From Acidobacteriota bacterium (GTDB taxonomy: Bacteria; Acidobacteriota; Blastocatellia; Pyrinomonadales; Pyrinomonadaceae): 64,000 nt of DNA. The stretch covers positions 28,687 through 92,686 of the forward strand of contig JAFDVK010000053.1 in the NCBI GenBank assembly GCA_018269005.1. Direction: 5' to 3'. Each line of letters starts with the position of its first letter. Position 1 is the stretch's first letter. Position numbers and translations under genes: made by a program. Of this stretch, positions 29,628-37,960 are shown piece by piece. Under the pieces are notes generated by a model. It was not told the origin of the DNA, made no database searches, and worked only from the letters and a program-made list of their open reading frames with translations.

Positions 29628-30606
29628 TTTGTAAGCTGTCCGGCCTTTCGCTGCGGAATTCGGCCGCAACATCATTGATGATGTCATCGAGGGTTCGGGT
29701 TGGCTTGTAACCGATCATCCGTTCGGCTTTTTCGAGGCTTGGGACGCGTCGCGCCATGTCCTCGAAACCTGCGCCATAGACCTCGTCGTATGTCATATAC
29801 TTGATCTCGCTCGTGCTCGAAGTAAGAGCGATCGCCCGTTTTGCGAGGCCGTTGATCGAAATTTCCTCGTTGTTGCCGATATTTATTACCTGACCGAAAC
29901 ACTGCGGGTTATCGAGCAGCTTTGTCAGCCCTTCGACCACATCGGCAACGTGCCCGAAGCAGCGTGATTGCTCGCCGTCGCCGTAAACCGGGATCGGCTC
30001 ATTCTTTAACGCCGCCTGAACGAAACGTGGCACTACCATTCCGTACTGCCCCGTCTGACGCGGCCCGACCGTATTAAATAATCTAACGACGACGACTGGA
30101 AGCTGCGTCTCTTTCCAGTGAGCGAGAGCGAGAAACTCGTCGAGCGTTTTTGCGCATGCGTAAGCCCAGCGATGCTTATCGGTGGCTCCCGTAAGAAGAT
30201 CGTCCTCTTCACGAAAGGGAACCGAAACGCCTTTGCCGTAAACTTCCGAAGTGCTCGGCACAAGCACACGCTTTCTATAACGCGAGCAGAATCCGAGCAC
30301 GACGTCCGTCCCGCGAAAGATCGTCTCGATCGTCTGCACCGGCCGCTCCATTATGAGCCGAACGCCGACGGCGCTTGCCATGTGATACACACGGTCGGTG
30401 TCGCGAATGAGGCGTTCCATCAGCTTCGTGTTCAGGACCGTGTCGATCAGCAGACGAAATCCCGGCTTGTCCTCAAGATGAGCGACATTAGCATAACGCC
30501 CTGTCGAAAGGTCGTCGATGACCGTAACTTCATTGCCTTCGGCAAGCAGCTTATCTGCCAAATGGCTTCCGATAAATCCGGCCCCGCCGGTAATGAGGAT
30601 CTTCAT
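29614..30606 (-). CDS. NAD-dependent sugar epimerase/dehydratase (extended SDR)
   Basis: [16 protein letters not shown] Rossmann motif and YxxxK (YACAK). Confidence 0.9.
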   Translation of the reverse strand: MKILITGGAGFIGSHLADKLLAEGNEVTVIDDLSTGRYANVAHLEDKPGFRLLIDTVLNTKLMERLIRDTDRVYHMASAVGVRLIMERPVQTIETIFRGTDVVLGFCSRYRKRVLVPSTSEVYGKGVSVPFREEDDLLTGATDKHRWAYACAKTLDEFLALAHWKETQLPVVVVRLFNTVGPRQTGQYGMVVPRFVQAALKNEPIPVYGDGEQSRCFGHVADVVEGLTKLLDNPQCFGQVINIGNNEEISINGLAKRAIALTSSTSEIKYMTYDEVYGAGFEDMARRVPSLEKAERMIGYKPTRTLDDIINDVAAEFRSERPDSLQNAQA

Positions 30607-30802
30607 AATATTCCTTCTTAAAACGCCTCTTACAAGCTTTCAATACTAAAACATTCTACATTCTAATTAGTAATTACGAATTAATAATTAATAATTTTAT
30701 GGATGGCAAAGGCCGTTTAGACCCTATCTCCCGCAGAGACGCAGAGTCGCAAAGAGGATCTACTCGTTCTCTGCCTCTTTGCGGCTTTGCGGGAAATTGC
30801 TT

Positions 30803-31741
30803 CTAACGCAAAGTCCGTCCGCTAAAATATTCGACCGTCTTCTTCAAGCCTTCGGCGAGCGGGACCGTTGGTTCCCAGCCAAGAAGCGCGTTGGCGCGTT
30901 CGATGTTCGGCTGGCGTTGTTTTGGGTCGTCCTGAGGCAGCGGCAGGTAGTCGATCTCGATCTTGCGGCAGGTCGCTTTGCCGATCTCGTCGGCGAGTTC
31001 GTTCATCGTGAATTCACCGGGATTGCCGATGTTCACGGGCAGATGAATGTCCTCGGCCTCGGTGTTCATCAGCCGAACGATGCCCTCGACAAGGTCGCTC
31101 ACGTAGCAGAACGAACGCGTCTGCGAGCCGTCGCCGTAGATCGTAAGACGCTCGCCGCGCAAGGCCTGAACGATGAAATTCGAAACGACACGGCCGTCAT
31201 TTTCGAGCATACGTGTCCCGTAAGTGTTGAAAATACGCACGATCCGCGTATCGACGCCGCTTTGACGGTGATAGTCCATCATCAACGTCTCGGCGACACG
31301 TTTGCCTTCGTCATAGCAGCTACGAAGGCCGATCGGATTCACGTTGCCCCAATAACCTTCGGTCTGCGGATGCTCGATCGGGTCGCCGTATACCTCGCTC
31401 GTCGAAGCCTGCAAAATTCTCGCCTTGACGCGTTTCGCAAGGCCGAGCATATTGATCGTGCCCATCACGTTCGTCTTGACGGTCTTGATCGGATTGTATT
31501 GGTAATGAACGGGCGACGCGGGGCACGCGAGATTGTATATCTGATCGACCTCGAGCAGTATCGGTTCCGTCACGTCGTGCCGCACAAGCTCGAAATGCGG
31601 ATGCGGGAGCAGGTGCTCGATATTCGCCTTTCGTCCGGTGAAGAAATTATCGAGACAGATAACCTCTGCACCGTCCGCGATCAGCCTTTCGCAAAGATGC
31701 GAGCCGATAAAACCCGCACCGCCTGTAACAAGAATTCTCAT
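30803..31741 (-). CDS. UDP-glucuronate decarboxylase (UDP-xylose synthase)-like
   Basis: [34 protein letters not shown], ..STSEVYGDP.., YDEGKR. A typical UXS pattern. Confidence 0.9.
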   Translation of the reverse strand: MRILVTGGAGFIGSHLCERLIADGAEVICLDNFFTGRKANIEHLLPHPHFELVRHDVTEPILLEVDQIYNLACPASPVHYQYNPIKTVKTNVMGTINMLGLAKRVKARILQASTSEVYGDPIEHPQTEGYWGNVNPIGLRSCYDEGKRVAETLMMDYHRQSGVDTRIVRIFNTYGTRMLENDGRVVSNFIVQALRGERLTIYGDGSQTRSFCYVSDLVEGIVRLMNTEAEDIHLPVNIGNPGEFTMNELADEIGKATCRKIEIDYLPLPQDDPKQRQPNIERANALLGWEPTVPLAEGLKKTVEYFSGRTLR

Positions 31742-31765
31742 AAGCTTAACTAAGCTATTTTGGGT

Positions 31766-32254
31766 CTATTCTTCGTTCGGGTCCAGCGCCTCTCGAAGGG
31801 CATAAAGTTCGGGAAGCACAAGATGATCCTTTGGTCTATCTGCCGCAGTCTTTGTTATTATCAGCGCGTCCAAATTTAACGCGTGAACGTCAACTCCGAA
31901 GATCGAGTAGGTTATCGAGTTTGCAAGAGCCTCCGGATAGCCACCAAGCCCCTTGACTTCGCCTAAAAGGTCGATTGCTCCGATCGAGGTCTCATATGTG
32001 AAATTGGTCGCATTCCCCAGCGTGGATTCGTCGAATATGTACGGTAAGTCCTTAGGCCAATCCCTAGGCGTTGGCTTAAAGGGAGAAAGTGCCCGCCAAA
32101 GTCTGTGAATGTTTTCCTTGCTTCTGGAATAGCAAAAATCAAGATCAAGAGTTACATTGCCCGATGAGTGAAGCGAGATCGCAACGCCACCGACGATCAC
32201 AAATTCCACGTTATTCGCCGCCAGGCTGACGAGAGCCTTTTCCAGATCGATCAT
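31766..32254 (-). CDS. minimal nucleotidyltransferase-fold protein (TA-module-like)
   Basis: VIVGGVAISLHSSGNVTLDLDF fits the GG-x14-DxD NTase signature. 4-nt overlap with the small upstream ORF. Confidence 0.7.
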   Translation of the reverse strand: MIDLEKALVSLAANNVEFVIVGGVAISLHSSGNVTLDLDFCYSRSKENIHRLWRALSPFKPTPRDWPKDLPYIFDESTLGNATNFTYETSIGAIDLLGEVKGLGGYPEALANSITYSIFGVDVHALNLDALIITKTAADRPKDHLVLPELYALREALDPNEE

Positions 32255-32460
32255 TGCGGATTCTTCGTTGAGCGGGTTCGTCGAGCGTTTCGTAGAGCGG
32301 TCTGAAATTTCATAGCTGACTGCAGGTCATCGATCCGTTGTTGCGGAGTCTTTCGCAACTGCGAAACCGTTAGAGTCAAATCGATGCCGAACTCTGCGGC
32401 CTCGGCGATCTTACTGCCGGGCTTCGGGTTCAAGAGTTTTTCTTCCGGAGTTCTTTTCAT
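32251..32460 (-). CDS. small protein (69 aa) translationally coupled to the NTase-fold gene
   Basis: ORF ends in ATGA, overlapping the next start. No recognisable motif. Confidence 0.5.
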   Translation of the reverse strand: MKRTPEEKLLNPKPGSKIAEAAEFGIDLTLTVSQLRKTPQQRIDDLQSAMKFQTALRNARRTRSTKNPQ

Positions 32461-32469
32461 ATTCCTATC

Positions 32470-33306
32470 TTACGGCAATTCGAGGGCGGCGGCGCGCTTT
32501 TCTGCCTTTTGCTCTTCGGTGAGTCGGCCGTAGCCGTAGATCGCGCTCTCCCACGTGCCGTACATCGCGTTCGGGAGGGCGATATAGTCCTTGCCGAAGT
32601 GTTCTTTCGCCGCATCTACGGCCGCGAAACGGTCTTCAACCGACTTCTTCTCGAACGTGCTCGAAAAATCATCGAGATTGTCGCCGACCTGCATCACGAT
32701 GCGGTAAGTTTTGCGGATAACGTCGCGGCGTGCATCCTTGCTCGATTCCTTTTGGCGAAGAAGCACGTTCGCATCCGTGATGTCCTCGAACCCGACCTTC
32801 TTAAGGTTGTCCATCGTCGCCTGTTTTTGCACCTCGTCGCGGTTCGACACGTAAAAGATCTTGACGCCCCGCGAATGTGCGTAATTCAGGAATTCGACCG
32901 AACCGGGAATGGCCTTCGCCTTTCGCATATCGCCCCAAGCGTACCAATCGGGGAGGTTGAATCCTTTGTTGTGCTTGATACCGTAAGCCTGTGCAGGCGA
33001 ATTATCGAGTACTGTCTCGTCGATATCGACCATGATCGCACGCGGCATCTTGCGCTCGGCCTTCGGCAGATGCTTCAAGTTTTTTTTCTCGAAGTCGGCA
33101 TCGAGCCGCAGACGCGCGATGTTGAACGCCTGATAGCAAAGAGCACGATATTCACCGGCCTTCTGCATATACAGCACACCGGAGATCTGGTACGAATTAT
33201 CTACCTCCGGTGCAGCCTTTTGCGCAGAAGAACCCGCCGCAAAATACGCTGCTGTCGAAGCACCGGCCGCGATCGCAAGAATAAGAGCAAGGAATTTTGG
33301 TTTCAT
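32470..33306 (-). CDS. 5'-nucleotidase / class C acid phosphatase, lipoprotein e(P4) family (HAD)
   Basis: DIDETVLDNS (DxDxT) and GDNLDDF motifs. Start moved to the ATG at 33306 (MKPKFLALILAIAAGAS..). The track extension reads through the promoter cassette. Confidence 0.88.
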   Translation of the reverse strand: MKPKFLALILAIAAGASTAAYFAAGSSAQKAAPEVDNSYQISGVLYMQKAGEYRALCYQAFNIARLRLDADFEKKNLKHLPKAERKMPRAIMVDIDETVLDNSPAQAYGIKHNKGFNLPDWYAWGDMRKAKAIPGSVEFLNYAHSRGVKIFYVSNRDEVQKQATMDNLKKVGFEDITDANVLLRQKESSKDARRDVIRKTYRIVMQVGDNLDDFSSTFEKKSVEDRFAAVDAAKEHFGKDYIALPNAMYGTWESAIYGYGRLTEEQKAEKRAAALELP

Positions 33307-33339
33307 AACATTTTCGAAAGGTCTGCCAAGAAAGACGAA

Positions 33340-33392
33340 CCGAGAACGATTATAAGCCATCCGCCCGACCTCAATAAGCACAAACCGCACTC
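33340..33392 (-). promoter_or_regulatory. promoter-like cassette, copy A (TTATTG-N17-TATAAT)
   Basis: Minus strand GTGCGGTTTGTGC-TTATTG-N17-TATAAT (TATAAT = plus 33349-33354, -35 = plus 33372-33377). 33340-33390 matches 34758-34808 at 50 of 51 nt. Confidence 0.45.
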
Positions 33393-34003
33393 TAGTGTTT
33401 ATCGCGAGGAAGTGGGCCGAATACGGAACGAACCCAATTTTGCGGAATAATCTCAGTTCCCGCCGCCTGCGTCTTGGATGTGTCCCCAGTCTTGTACTTA
33501 CCGTCTCGGAAAACGACCGTCACAAAATAGGGCTTCACGCCGCCGCCCGCAACCTGGTAGGCGAAGTCGGTCCAGCCATCATGAGATGACTTGAGGAGGG
33601 TGATCGGGGTCCATGTCATGGACGTCTCAAAGATCTTTCGATAGCGACGGTTAGTCTTGCGCAAGACCCACAGGCCGCCGCCACTTGAACCCGCCCAACT
33701 AGATTCCCAGACAATGATCTCGTCGATTCCGTCGGCGTTAAGGTCGACCTTGCGGTACTCGATCTCGAAGGCGTCAGTAGTGACAGCGTCAAGTTTGGCC
33801 TCCGCCGGAATTATAATGTCGCAAAGTCGTCGATCCCATTTCGTCTTTGCAGCCTTGCACCTCAGTACGGTAGGGTGAGGCAGTGATGCTTTTGTAGAAC
33901 GAGTAGCCGTCACCTTCGATGAATTCTGGGCGGAAGCAGCACCCGTCATCAACATCATCATCGCGAGCGGGAAGATCCATGTTCTGAGCTTGATTTCCGT
34001 CAT
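33392..34003 (-). CDS. secreted protein, unknown function
   Basis: Start moved to the ATG at 34003 (MTEIKLRTWIFPLAMMMLMTGAASAQ signal peptide). Confidence 0.6.
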   Translation of the reverse strand: MTEIKLRTWIFPLAMMMLMTGAASAQNSSKVTATRSTKASLPHPTVLRCKAAKTKWDRRLCDIIIPAEAKLDAVTTDAFEIEYRKVDLNADGIDEIIVWESSWAGSSGGGLWVLRKTNRRYRKIFETSMTWTPITLLKSSHDGWTDFAYQVAGGGVKPYFVTVVFRDGKYKTGDTSKTQAAGTEIIPQNWVRSVFGPLPRDKH

Positions 34004-34028
34004 ATAGTTTCGGCCTCTTAAGCCACAC

Positions 34029-34745
34029 TCAGTGTTCCTTGAGTTCGATACGTCGATCGTCGCACGATCCCCGCAAGGAGACGCTTGAAAAGGAAATAGT
34101 CCTTCCATCAACAACCTGACTCGAAGCTAAACGCTTAACCGAGCCGGTGATCTGGTTGGCAAACGTGATCTCGACCGTGTAACTCGAGCCGGCCGGAATC
34201 GTCGCCGCATATTCGCCTACCGCGTTCAAACGGAGAATGGTCTCTCGCCCGTTATATGAAAGCTTGACCGATGCCTTTGCCAATGATGAAGCGGGAAGGC
34301 CTATAACGTGGCCGCTTATCGAAAAGTCGTTCGGATGCTTCGCGGCGTACCGCGCGTACTTCAGAAAGGCGGCCGCATCCCTCAAGCGGCGTGTTGGATT
34401 GCAAAAGAGTGAATACTTCACGGATACAGGAATGTCGAAAACGAGATATTTCTCACCGATGGAAAGCATGGGTTCGCAGCCTCCGCCGCTGAAGTGAACG
34501 GTCTTTGTCAGTTCGCCGCGGACGCCCTTAAAGACCTTGCCTGTCCTGAACCTTGCGACGATAACTTCGCGCCCATCCTTCTCCTCCCTCTCTTTTGAGA
34601 TTAGTGTTCCTACGAAGACCTGTTCCGCAAGAGAATGCCCTTCACAAACCGAGGGGCTGGCACAGACACAGGCATATGCCGAACTCGAGCCAGCCGCAAT
34701 TACCAGCAAAACCCCAAAAACTCCGATAAGAACTTTCTCTCGCAT
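34029..34745 (-). CDS. secreted protein with TIMP/NTR-like N-terminal module and CarboxypepD_reg-like C-terminal domain
   Basis: Start moved to the ATG at 34745. Signal peptide ..AAGSSSAYA, then CVCASPSVCEG..AEQVFVGTL..GKVFKG..GGGCEPMLSIGEKYLVF..SLFCNP. See finding. Confidence 0.65.
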   Translation of the reverse strand: MREKVLIGVFGVLLVIAAGSSSAYACVCASPSVCEGHSLAEQVFVGTLISKEREEKDGREVIVARFRTGKVFKGVRGELTKTVHFSGGGCEPMLSIGEKYLVFDIPVSVKYSLFCNPTRRLRDAAAFLKYARYAAKHPNDFSISGHVIGLPASSLAKASVKLSYNGRETILRLNAVGEYAATIPAGSSYTVEITFANQITGSVKRLASSQVVDGRTISFSSVSLRGSCDDRRIELKEH

Positions 34746-34757
34746 TTCCAACCAAGA

Positions 34758-34900
34758 CCGAGAACGATTATAAGCCATCCGCCCGACCCCAATAAGCACA
34801 AACCGCACAGAATGTATCAAACTGCACAAAATGCACGTTTTGATACAAAATGCACGAAATGCACGATTTGCACGAAATGCACGAAATGCACGATTTGCAC
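34758..34900 (-). promoter_or_regulatory. promoter-like cassette, copy B, with about ten GTGC 9-mer repeats upstream
   Basis: Minus strand: GTGCAAATC GTGCATTTC GTGCATTTC GTGCAAATC GTGCATTTC GTGCATTTT .. GATACATTC TGTGCGGTT TGTGC-TTATTG-N17-TATAAT (TATAAT = plus 34767-34772). The ATG lies 22 nt downstream. Confidence 0.45.
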
Positions 34901-34912
34901 AAATCTAATTTG

Positions 34913-36370
34913 CTAGGCAGGTTGGCCGCCGATGTTCACTTTTATCGCACGCCATTTTCCTTGGTTGAACCGCACGACGCTCAAGATGCAGCGCGTCGCG
35001 TGGCCTGCAAGGACCGCCAGCCAAATATGGATCGGTTCGAGCGTGCTCGTTTCGCGGATCACGAAACAGATGCTCAGCGGTACGATCACCTGCGAGATGA
35101 TCGAGATGTAGAGTGGACTTTTCGTGTCGCCCGCTCCCTGCAGGCCGCCTGTGTACGAAAGCGCCGTTGTGATGAAAAGGCCTGAGATGCTCAACACGCG
35201 GAGCAGCGTCGTCCCGACTTCGACCACCACAGGATCTGTAAGTCCGAAGATCGCTAGCATCGCGGAAGGAAAGAACATGAACACGAACCCGACCAAAGCG
35301 GCGCCGATCAGGCCGAATCTTGATGCGATCCTTACAGACCGCGCCGCACGATCGGGATATCCCGCTCCGATGTTTTGCCCGACGACAGCACCTGCCGCAC
35401 CCATCAGCGCATTTGACGACCACGTAACGAGCAGAAAAAGCTGCCCGTAGCCGACAGCGAACGCGGCCTGGGCCGCGGCGCCATTCGTGACCGAGCCCAT
35501 GAACGTCAGCATCAGAACACCGCCGATGTTCATCGCAACGCCTTGGAAACCTGCCGGCAGCCCGAAGCGAAAGAGTTCGCGAATGATGCCCCAGTCGGGC
35601 GCGAAGCCGCTTTTTGGGAAGCCAACGACCCAACTGCCCGCGTAAAGTTTGTAGAGCGAGAAAAGACCGACGGCTCCGGACGCGATGCAAGTGCCGATCG
35701 CGGAACCTGCAGCCCCGAAAGATGGAATTGGCCCCAAACCGCGGATGAAAATAATGTTCAGAATGAGATTCAGCACCGTCATCACGATGCCGAGCACCAT
35801 CGGGGTCTTTGCGTCACCTGCCGAACGCAGCGCGCCGCTCAGCATAAAGTAGATCAGCATCCCGAAACTGCACGTGAACATTATCCGAAGGAATGGAAGA
35901 GCGTCCTCGATGACGGTCGCGTCGTGTGTCACAAAACCGAGAAGATGGGGTGCGGCGAAATATCCGATCGGTGCGAGAATGCCGATCGCCATAAAAAAGC
36001 AGGTAAGAAAACCCTGATAGACGGTCCGATTCACTTTTTCGTGATCGCCCGCACCTGTAAATCGTGCGACGAGGACGCTCATCCCGATAAAGATCGACGA
36101 GACGAAAACGATCACAACAAGGAAGATCTGAAAACTGACGCCGATCGCGGCATTCGCCTTGTAGCCAAGCAGGTGGCCGACCATTATGTGATCGACCCAA
36201 CCCTGCACTCCACTGATGATATTTGTGAAAACCGCGGGCCACGCGATCTTCCACACGGCAGACGTAAGCGGACCTTCTACGATCGAGCGGTCGAATTTCT
36301 TCGACTTCGGATTCGGTTTTTCAGCGGGAGTTTCTCTTTCGACCTCTGATTCGCTCAGGCATTGATCCAT
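34913..36370 (-). CDS. MATE family efflux transporter
   Basis: 485 aa, 12 predicted TM segments, N-terminal ..GPLTSAVWKIAWPAVFTNIISGVQGWVDHIMVGHLLG.. typical of NorM/DinF-type MATE. Confidence 0.92.
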   Translation of the reverse strand: MDQCLSESEVERETPAEKPNPKSKKFDRSIVEGPLTSAVWKIAWPAVFTNIISGVQGWVDHIMVGHLLGYKANAAIGVSFQIFLVVIVFVSSIFIGMSVLVARFTGAGDHEKVNRTVYQGFLTCFFMAIGILAPIGYFAAPHLLGFVTHDATVIEDALPFLRIMFTCSFGMLIYFMLSGALRSAGDAKTPMVLGIVMTVLNLILNIIFIRGLGPIPSFGAAGSAIGTCIASGAVGLFSLYKLYAGSWVVGFPKSGFAPDWGIIRELFRFGLPAGFQGVAMNIGGVLMLTFMGSVTNGAAAQAAFAVGYGQLFLLVTWSSNALMGAAGAVVGQNIGAGYPDRAARSVRIASRFGLIGAALVGFVFMFFPSAMLAIFGLTDPVVVEVGTTLLRVLSISGLFITTALSYTGGLQGAGDTKSPLYISIISQVIVPLSICFVIRETSTLEPIHIWLAVLAGHATRCILSVVRFNQGKWRAIKVNIGGQPA

Positions 36371-36412
36371 AAAACGTGCTTACAACAAGACAGGGGATAA
36401 AGCGTAGCAAAT

Positions 36413-36808
36413 CTAAGCCCTTGAGCGAAATGGGACGAGCGATCGTACGCGAATATCCCGAAGATAGATGCCAAGCCAGATCATTATTCCCAGATAAACA
36501 GGGAAAAGCATGTGCGTAAACACGGGGTTGCCGATGCGAACGTGTGTCGCGACCGCGCCGCCCAAATATCCTGTCAGCAGAATTGCGCCGAGGATGGACG
36601 TTTGCGGCACGGCGTAGAGGATCGTACACACGAGAAGTACGATTCCAAGCGGGAGGATCACACTCTCGTTGTATCCGAGGGCGATCGTGCCGGTAACGAC
36701 AGGTTCGGGTTTTACGAACTTGCCGACGGCATCCATCAAAAGAAAAAGTATAGGAAGGGCGGAGATAATGCGCCCGGCCCAAAGTGCTCTTGTCGAAACG
36801 TTTGTCAT
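36413..36808 (-). CDS. DoxX-like membrane protein
   Basis: 131 aa, 4 TM, ..ALWAGRIISALPILFLLMDAVGKF.. pattern. Confidence 0.8.
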   Translation of the reverse strand: MTNVSTRALWAGRIISALPILFLLMDAVGKFVKPEPVVTGTIALGYNESVILPLGIVLLVCTILYAVPQTSILGAILLTGYLGGAVATHVRIGNPVFTHMLFPVYLGIMIWLGIYLRDIRVRSLVPFRSRA

Positions 36809-36882
36809 TTGCGTCTTCTCGCTTTAGATGCCGGAGCCGATATTGCGAACCCGCTCCGGCAAAGTTTTTCGCCGATAGATGA

Positions 36883-37314
36883 TCAGCTCGCGTGAGTTTC
36901 CGAGTGATCGACCATCCAGTTGATCCCGAACTTGTCGGTCAACATTCCCCAATAGGCTCCCCAGAACATCACCTGCATCGGCATTGCCTGGTTGCCGCCG
37001 GCCGAAAGCCCGGCGTAGATACGATCGGCTTCCTCACGGCTCTCCGCCGAGATCGCGACCGAGAAGTTATTGCCCGCCGTTAGCGGCGTCGGGCAAAAAT
37101 CATCCGGTGCATCGCTTCCCATCAGTACGTTATTCCCGATCGGTAAGGCAACGTGCATCACCAGATTCTTTGCACTGTCGGGCACAGGCATTCCCATGTC
37201 GGTGTCGCCCATGCGCATCAGCATCGCAAATTCACCGCCGAAGACCGAGCGGTAAAATTCGAAGGCTTCTTCGCAACAGTTCTTAAAGTTTAGATATGGG
37301 TTCATTACAGGCAT
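36883..37314 (-). CDS. VOC/glyoxalase-fold protein (PhnB-like)
   Basis: MNPYLNFKNCCEEAFEFY..VFGGE.. and ..FWGAYWGMLTDKFGINWMV.. are typical of PhnB/3-demethylubiquinone-9 methyltransferase-domain proteins. Confidence 0.85.
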   Translation of the reverse strand: MPVMNPYLNFKNCCEEAFEFYRSVFGGEFAMLMRMGDTDMGMPVPDSAKNLVMHVALPIGNNVLMGSDAPDDFCPTPLTAGNNFSVAISAESREEADRIYAGLSAGGNQAMPMQVMFWGAYWGMLTDKFGINWMVDHSETHAS

Positions 37315-37390
37315 TGTGTAGGCTCTCCTTTGTTTTATTCATTGTGAGATAAAGAGGCTAACATATATTCCTTGTATTATGCAAGCTGCT

Positions 37391-37409
37391 TTACTTGTAA
37401 AATACAAGT
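37391..37409. promoter_or_regulatory. perfect palindrome TACTTGTA-AAA-TACAAGTA, a candidate HxlR operator
   Basis: 8-3-8 inverted repeat in the divergent region between the VOC-DoxX-MATE genes and the HxlR gene. Confidence 0.4.
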
Positions 37410-37426
37410 ATGTTATTCTTTTCAAT

Positions 37427-37906
37427 ATGGATGGGAAGCCTCGAACCACTATGCGCTCCGATTGCCCTGTGAACTTTGCGGTCGAGGCCTTCGGCGATAA
37501 ATGGTCGCTCATTATAATGCGCGACGTTCTTTTTTGGGGAAAGCGAACCTACGGTGACCTTCTGAATCGCGATGAAGGGATCTCGACGAACATTCTTGCC
37601 GCCCGACTCGACCATCTAGTGGATCAGGGCATGATCCGGCGAAGACCCGATCCGAAGGATCGCAGAAAAGAGACTTTCGAAGCGACCGATCGCGGCATAG
37701 ACCTTATTCCGATCATCGTTGAGATGGTCGCCTGGAGCGCAAAGCAGCCCGGCTGGCACGCTCTCGGGCCAAAAGGCCTGCCGGGCCAAATGCGTCTGAT
37801 CCGCCGTGCCGTAAATACTAAAAACAAGTATCCAACGATCGAGAAATTCAAAGAAAAGGTGCGCAGCGGCGGCTTCATCTTCGAGGATTTTGCTGAAGGG
37901 AAATAA
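37427..37906 (+). CDS. HxlR-family transcriptional regulator
   Basis: ..CPVNFAVEAFGDKWSLIIMRDVLF.GKRTYGDLL...EGISTNILAARLDHL signature. Start moved to the ATG at 37427. Confidence 0.88.
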   Translation: MDGKPRTTMRSDCPVNFAVEAFGDKWSLIIMRDVLFWGKRTYGDLLNRDEGISTNILAARLDHLVDQGMIRRRPDPKDRRKETFEATDRGIDLIPIIVEMVAWSAKQPGWHALGPKGLPGQMRLIRRAVNTKNKYPTIEKFKEKVRSGGFIFEDFAEGK

Positions 37907-37960
37907 GGCTGCCGGAGAAGCGAGATCGGAGTTCTCTCTTCAGTCAGGAACTCGGTCTTG

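Noticed and set aside
30640-30790. AT-rich tract plus imperfect palindrome (CCCGCAGAGACGCAGAG..CTCTGCCTCTTTGCGGCTTTGCGGG) between the two epimerase genes as a mobile-element scar
   Set aside because: A terminator-like structure after the UXS gene followed by an AT-rich promoter region for the next gene is the simpler explanation. There are no repeats elsewhere in the window and no target duplication.
33307-33390. Longer N-terminal extensions of ORFs 32470..33390 and 34029..34829, which share the peptide GRMAYNRSR
   Set aside because: The shared peptide arises from translating the 51-nt repeated promoter cassette. Internal ATGs give proper signal peptides.
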